NCBI GenBank assembly: GCA_965223665.1
Contig: OZ245011.1
Location: 3,808,001-3,872,000 of the forward strand
Reading direction: 5' to 3'
Source: Nitrospinaceae bacterium
GTDB taxonomy: Bacteria; Nitrospinota; Nitrospinia; Nitrospinales; Nitrospinaceae
DNA: 64,000 nt
In this document: piece by piece, positions 59,006 to 64,000 of the stretch
How positions within the stretch are numbered: the first letter of the stretch is position 1
Layout of the letters: the number at the start of each line of letters is the position of its first letter
Position numbers and translations under genes: made by a program
The notes under the pieces: model-generated
What the model was told of the DNA's origin: nothing
The model's database searches: none
The model's input: the letters and a program-made list of their open reading frames with translations, nothing else

Positions 59006-60311
59006 CTTCTTCCAAAGAAACAGGAATTACAGCATCGTAGAGTAATTCTGGGTCCCGTCTGAGCTTATAGTGTGTTAATAAGACCTTTAGACTTTTTTTC
59101 ACTTTCCCTTTGAAACTGACAATCTTAGGTCCTTTTATAAACTTTTTGTTTTCCTCCTTCAACTCCTGGAAGGTAATAGTGATTGGTTCCTCAAAATTAA
59201 CCCTTTCTGCATCCAGGAAAATTTTAAATGCAAGGAGGTTTTTCCCTACCAATTCGAATAGATTGGATTCTTTATGCGTAGCAATAAGAGTGGCTATTTT
59301 CCCATCTTTAAGATTAACAGGTTCTCCTTCGGGTCCTGGAATTTGTAGTGCAGCCATTTTTTTTCCTTTAATCACTTGTGCCCAATGAACAGAGTCCAAA
59401 TGATTGGCCTCTCTTACTAATCTAATAATATTGGGATGGGGTTGCCGGCTTATTGATTTCATCCATTTAATTAAATCTGGAACCTCTGATTCAGGCAAAA
59501 AATGTCCTCCGTGTCCTTGGCCTTTTTCTTTATGTTCCCTGTAAGTTAAAGGATATTTCATATCATTTAAAATTTTACTTATTCTCCGGCTATAAGTTAT
59601 TGGGAACATCGGATCATAAAAACCCTGGATACTATAAAGAGGGGTATTTCCTAAATTGACTAGAAAATGCATATAGCGTTCTGTTACTGCTCCAGCAATT
59701 GGAACTATTCCTGAAAAATAATCTGGATAAAACATTCCCATCATATAGGCCCCAATGGCTCCATTAGAAAGGCCTATTAGAATAATACGGTTTGGATCTA
59801 CCGGGTATTTTTGCTTAACTTTTTGGATGACATTAAATACTAAATCTTCTGCTCGAAAGGACCACCAAGCTCCCCCGGGATAACTAGGGCAAACAATAAT
59901 GAAATCATCTCCCAAACGTTCCATCCATTTTTGCAGCGTGAATCTACCACTACCTCCCATCCCATGTAAAATTACGACTAATGGTAATGGTTTGGAGGAA
60001 TTCTCAAACTTGGGAGAATAAAGTGAATAAGTATAATTGTTTTTATTTAGATTAATTTTTTGGGTTAAATGTTGACCTGGGAGACCCTTATGATCTGTGG
60101 AGAGAGATCGTAAATATGTTTTTGCAATATCATTTGTTAAGTTATGGGCTTTGAGGTTGGCCAATGCTTTTTGTTCTTCCAGAGGATCCTGGGTACTAAG
60201 AAATAAATCAATATCGACTTTAGCATTGTAAGGAGGATCTTTGGGATTTTGCGATTGTCCAGCGCATCCCCAAAATAGGAATAAGAGAAGGATTGGAAGA
60301 TGTTTTTTCAT
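58968..60311 (-). CDS. Lipoprotein with an alpha/beta hydrolase (esterase/peptidase) domain
   Basis: Lipobox FWGC, PLVVILHG.GG, VDPNR....GLSNG nucleophile elbow, G..D, GH. Confidence 0.85.
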   Translation of the reverse strand: MKKHLPILLLFLFWGCAGQSQNPKDPPYNAKVDIDLFLSTQDPLEEQKALANLKAHNLTNDIAKTYLRSLSTDHKGLPGQHLTQKINLNKNNYTYSLYSPKFENSSKPLPLVVILHGMGGSGRFTLQKWMERLGDDFIIVCPSYPGGAWWSFRAEDLVFNVIQKVKQKYPVDPNRIILIGLSNGAIGAYMMGMFYPDYFSGIVPIAGAVTERYMHFLVNLGNTPLYSIQGFYDPMFPITYSRRISKILNDMKYPLTYREHKEKGQGHGGHFLPESEVPDLIKWMKSISRQPHPNIIRLVREANHLDSVHWAQVIKGKKMAALQIPGPEGEPVNLKDGKIATLIATHKESNLFELVGKNLLAFKIFLDAERVNFEEPITITFQELKEENKKFIKGPKIVSFKGKVKKSLKVLLTHYKLRRDPELLYDAVIPVSLEEDVQFAFRHGNPS

Positions 60312-60478
60312 GTTCCCATCATTACATGAAATAAACTGCAAGTAAAGATTAGCCTAAATAAATTATCGCAAAAAGAGTTTGATTTTTATGTCCTTTTATA
60401 GGTAACATTCGAAAGAAAGTTCATACCGTATTTATCCTCGTTTTATTCTTAAAACCTTTAACAATTTTCAAAAAAATC

Positions 60479-61252
60479 ATGGAATCGACCCTTACAACTA
60501 TTGAAAAAACCAAAAAAATAAACCCAGGAACTATTCGATTGGGAGAAGCGCGGCTATCCGGGGATGCGCCCTCCACTTATAAACAAATTTTTCGTTGTAA
60601 AAAACATAATTTTGAGTACCTGGGGCAAGTTCGAGTGGAAGTAACCCCACCTTCCGTCCAAGTGGAATTATTCAATAGTAATTTTTATGATCAATTTGAA
60701 ACTGATGCAGAGAAAGTTAAGGGCGCTTTAGAAGATCGATTGTTTTTAGATATTTTGAAACAGGAAAACTTTTCTTTACCTCATAGGGAAGTCATTGATG
60801 GATATATAAAAGAAAAAAAAACAAATGATGAAAGTGAATCAATCCCTGAAGATTTACCGGTTGATGAGAGAGATTTAGAATTTTTGAAACAAGGATTAAA
60901 TCAAGATTATTTTAGCGGAAAATTGGATGTAAATATTGAGTGGGGTAAAAAAGTAAACACCACCAACCGACGTTCGATTAAATTTGGTTCATTTGAGGAA
61001 AAGAAAAACTTAATACGAATTCATCCTAGATTGAAACAGGATTTTGTTCCCCTAGAGGTTTTAAAGTTAACGATATATCATGAGATGTGCCACAAATTTT
61101 TGCCCCCGGTAAAACGAAATGGAAAATGGGAAGCTCATCACAAAGATTTTAAAAAGAAAGAACGTGAGTTTTCCCAATACCGACAAGCGATTCAGTGGGA
61201 AAAGAAAAACTGGGCGAAATTATTAAAACCCATGCAGGAAGTCGAAAATTAA
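60479..61252 (+). CDS. SprT/YgjP-like zinc metalloprotease domain protein
   Basis: LN..YF...L...I.WG, FGSF, IRIHP.L, YHEMCH, H...F...E. Confidence 0.8.
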   Translation: MESTLTTIEKTKKINPGTIRLGEARLSGDAPSTYKQIFRCKKHNFEYLGQVRVEVTPPSVQVELFNSNFYDQFETDAEKVKGALEDRLFLDILKQENFSLPHREVIDGYIKEKKTNDESESIPEDLPVDERDLEFLKQGLNQDYFSGKLDVNIEWGKKVNTTNRRSIKFGSFEEKKNLIRIHPRLKQDFVPLEVLKLTIYHEMCHKFLPPVKRNGKWEAHHKDFKKKEREFSQYRQAIQWEKKNWAKLLKPMQEVEN

Positions 61253-61261
61253 AGATTTATT

Positions 61262-63697
61262 TTATCCTGGATTTATGGGTAACAAGATTATGAAGGTAGC
61301 CCCTTTCCCGTTTTCCGATTCTACGTTGATTTTGCCGCCATATTTTTCAACCATTTTGTGAACGATATTTAATCCCAACCCAGTTCCAGAGCCTTGGCCT
61401 TTAGTAGTGAAGAATGGATCAAAAACCTTGGTTAAATATTCATGGGGAATACCGGGCCCGCTGTCTTTAATTTTTACCTCAATTGACCCATTGAGATGGT
61501 TTGAGTGAATTGAGATTTTCCCTTTACCCTCCATGGCTTGAACTCCATTTCGAATAATATTTACGAATATTTGTTGAATCTCTTCCGGTTTTGCTTTTAT
61601 TGGAGGAAGCGAAGAGTAATATTTTTCTAATTTTATATCATCCGAATAGGAAGCCAGGATAGCAATCTCTGCTGCCGCATCGATTTTTTCATTAATATCC
61701 ACATCCTGTTCTGTATCTTTTTCATTAGATCGGGAATAACCAGCCATATTCAAAATAACTGAAGACATATGTTTGGCTCTGTCTAAAACTTTTTTTGAAT
61801 ATTTGTGAATTTTATCTATATTTTTTTCACCAGAGATTGCTTCTGTATAACCGATAATACTGTATAAGGGATTATTCATTTCATGTGCGATCCCAGCTGT
61901 GAGAGTTCCTAATCCAGACAATTTGTCTGCCCGCATTAATTGATCCAATAATTTTTTCTCTTCTGTAATGTCTTTAAGCATTAAGCCGATCTGATGTTTA
62001 TCCTCTTCTTCAAGAAGAACATCAAAAAATTGGAAGGTAAATATTTTATTTCCCAGATTTACTGAACTGTGTCTCTTGATCTCATTGTCATCTTGAGGTG
62101 CCAAAGGATCCTTTATCTCGTAATTTATAGATGAATTTGAACAAACTTTTCCATTTGTGCCCCTTTTCCCTTCTTTGTAATTCTGAAATTCCTGTTCAAG
62201 CCGAATCCAATCACTTTGGAAATTTTGCTTTAAATCTTCTATGGATTCGATTTTTTGACCATTTAAAATAGGAGAAAAAAAATTATCAAACGCTGAGTTT
62301 GTATATTGTATTTTCCCATTAATATCAAAAATTAATATTGCCTCGGGGACACTCATTAAAATATTTTCAGTATATTTTTTTATATAAACAACCTCTTTGC
62401 TTTTTTCTTCGACTTTTTGCTCTAAGCCAGAAAATGTTCTTTGTAGCATCGAATTCATCGTATTAATTTCTTCAGATAGAACTTCAATTTCGTCACCAGT
62501 TTTTATTTCCAGAGGTTCAACTTGTTTTCCTTGCCCAATGTCCACGGCGGTTTTTTGAAGTTGTTTTATTGGACGGACAATCCTATCCGCAGCAAAAGAT
62601 CCCATTGTTGCTATTAAAATAATTGATACAATTCCCGCAATGGATGCCCACCAAAAAAGCTTTTGCATGGGAGTAAACAGTTCTTCGGATGACTGCCAGG
62701 CAAATGTAAACCAGCTTTTTCCTGTGGAGGCTAAGATGACTTTATTGGTTTCCTCCAAAGGGGAATACCCAATGATGGATAAGTCCTTACTCCCGTGACC
62801 GTCACCTTCTGTTTGTACCCAATTTGCAGAGGGTTGAGTTACGCTTTTGATTAAACTATGGTTTGACAATTTGTGACCCGTTGGCAAAATCGGGCATTGT
62901 ATAACCCTTCCCGTCGAGTCAATAAGCATGACGTGTCCTGTTTCGCCAAAACTGATACGTTCCATAGACGAGGCAAAAAATTCTTTTGCCGAATAATAAC
63001 TATGAAGGATACCGATGGGTTTTTTATTGATTCCTAATATGGGAATTGCTATTTCAAAAATATAATGGCCGGTTTGAGTATCAAAAAATAAATCGCCAAT
63101 GTATTGTTTTTGTGAACCCGATATTATGGGTTGGTGGGATGGGATTTGACGGTTTATGTATGTGGGGTAGTTGTTTACACTTCCTACCAAAACGCCTCTC
63201 AGATCACTTATGTAAAATGCTTTAATAAATTGATTAGTGTGAGAGGAGCTTTTTAAAATACTTTGCAATATTCTTAAGACTCCTCTTTTTAAAAATGAAT
63301 TCGGATGATCTCCGTGAGTTTGATTCCAAATTTGCGTTTGCTCATCCAAAAAAAGTTTTCTGTCCTTTTCCTTCATATTGTCTAAGGTTTTATTTTGCTG
63401 CTGTACCGATAAAATTAAGGTGGGGTGGGAGGACAAATGTTGAAGTCTTATTAATTCATTCTTAAGTAGTAAGTCAATTTTTGTGGAGGTTTCATACGCT
63501 AATGCTTTGAAACTTGCGCCGATAACGGAAATTAAAGATTGGCTACCTTGAATATATGAAAATATTACTGCAAGAAGTAGAGGGATGGCTCCTACCAATA
63601 GAACCATTCGGATTATTTTGGTTTTTAAACCTATTTGCAAAGGTTTAGAAGACTTTGTTTTAGAAGGTTTGATCGTTTTTACATCATGCCTTTGCAT
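61262..63697 (-). CDS. Sensor histidine kinase (Cache-like periplasmic, HAMP, PAS-like, HisKA, HATPase)
   Basis: Two TMs, PI..L...TGDEIE.L HAMP, AGIAHEMNNPL, D.GPGIP, FDPFFTTK..G.GTGLGL. AAGGA RBS before the ATG at 63697. Confidence 0.93.
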   Translation of the reverse strand: MQRHDVKTIKPSKTKSSKPLQIGLKTKIIRMVLLVGAIPLLLAVIFSYIQGSQSLISVIGASFKALAYETSTKIDLLLKNELIRLQHLSSHPTLILSVQQQNKTLDNMKEKDRKLFLDEQTQIWNQTHGDHPNSFLKRGVLRILQSILKSSSHTNQFIKAFYISDLRGVLVGSVNNYPTYINRQIPSHQPIISGSQKQYIGDLFFDTQTGHYIFEIAIPILGINKKPIGILHSYYSAKEFFASSMERISFGETGHVMLIDSTGRVIQCPILPTGHKLSNHSLIKSVTQPSANWVQTEGDGHGSKDLSIIGYSPLEETNKVILASTGKSWFTFAWQSSEELFTPMQKLFWWASIAGIVSIILIATMGSFAADRIVRPIKQLQKTAVDIGQGKQVEPLEIKTGDEIEVLSEEINTMNSMLQRTFSGLEQKVEEKSKEVVYIKKYTENILMSVPEAILIFDINGKIQYTNSAFDNFFSPILNGQKIESIEDLKQNFQSDWIRLEQEFQNYKEGKRGTNGKVCSNSSINYEIKDPLAPQDDNEIKRHSSVNLGNKIFTFQFFDVLLEEEDKHQIGLMLKDITEEKKLLDQLMRADKLSGLGTLTAGIAHEMNNPLYSIIGYTEAISGEKNIDKIHKYSKKVLDRAKHMSSVILNMAGYSRSNEKDTEQDVDINEKIDAAAEIAILASYSDDIKLEKYYSSLPPIKAKPEEIQQIFVNIIRNGVQAMEGKGKISIHSNHLNGSIEVKIKDSGPGIPHEYLTKVFDPFFTTKGQGSGTGLGLNIVHKMVEKYGGKINVESENGKGATFIILLPINPG

Positions 63698-63944
63698 AAA
63701 TTCCTTTCCCAAAAGATGTATAAAAACGTCCAAATACAAAAAAAAGAAAAAGGAGCCTCTAACTAAGAAATATAGGACTTTATACTAAAAAAGTCATCTT
63801 CTTGTGAAAAAAAGTTGCAAATTATTCCCTCATGTCCCTATGTTTAATATTAATGAGAAAGGAGCATATAAAGGCTTCCTTGTGCTCCCCTTTGTAAAAA
63901 AACATATTAATTTTGTCCGTAAACCTTTTCGGGTGGAGGATCCT

Positions 63945-64000
63945 ATGATTAAAGGTAAAATCTTAGTCGTTGATGATGAAGATGATATTCGCGATGTAAT
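63945..64000 (+). CDS. N-terminus of a response-regulator receiver protein, truncated by the window edge
   Basis: GGAGG RBS, then MIKGKILVVDDEDDIRDV. Confidence 0.88.
   Translation, partial: MIKGKILVVDDEDDIRDV

Overview
AT-rich, mostly core-chromosome window from a Gram-negative bacterium (the gene repertoire suggests a Nitrospinota/deltaproteobacteria-like lineage; this is an impression, not a search result). It holds the yqeY-dnaG-rpoD-tRNA(CAU) operon, glgC, groES-groEL with a perfect CIRCE, queF, a complete dcw cluster (mraZ to ftsZ), a variant cytochrome c maturation operon (CxxxY-type CcmE, multi-Cys CcmH, and a ccmD absent from the ORF track), xth, an M16 peptidase, tpx and mutS2. I found no CRISPR array, IS, integrase, prophage or rRNA. 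The most interesting uncharacterised signals are: (1) a sigma54 module in which a PAS-type enhancer-binding protein faces an unknown secreted protein across a -24/-12 promoter, an IHF-like site and duplicated in-phase operator pairs; (2) an OmpR-type two-component islet with a shared TTCA-N7-TTCA box ahead of its own operon and a lipoprotein gene; (3) a queF/Fe-S/DUF1566/HNH/microprotein operon; and (4) several secreted repeat proteins. All family assignments come from motif recognition by eye.
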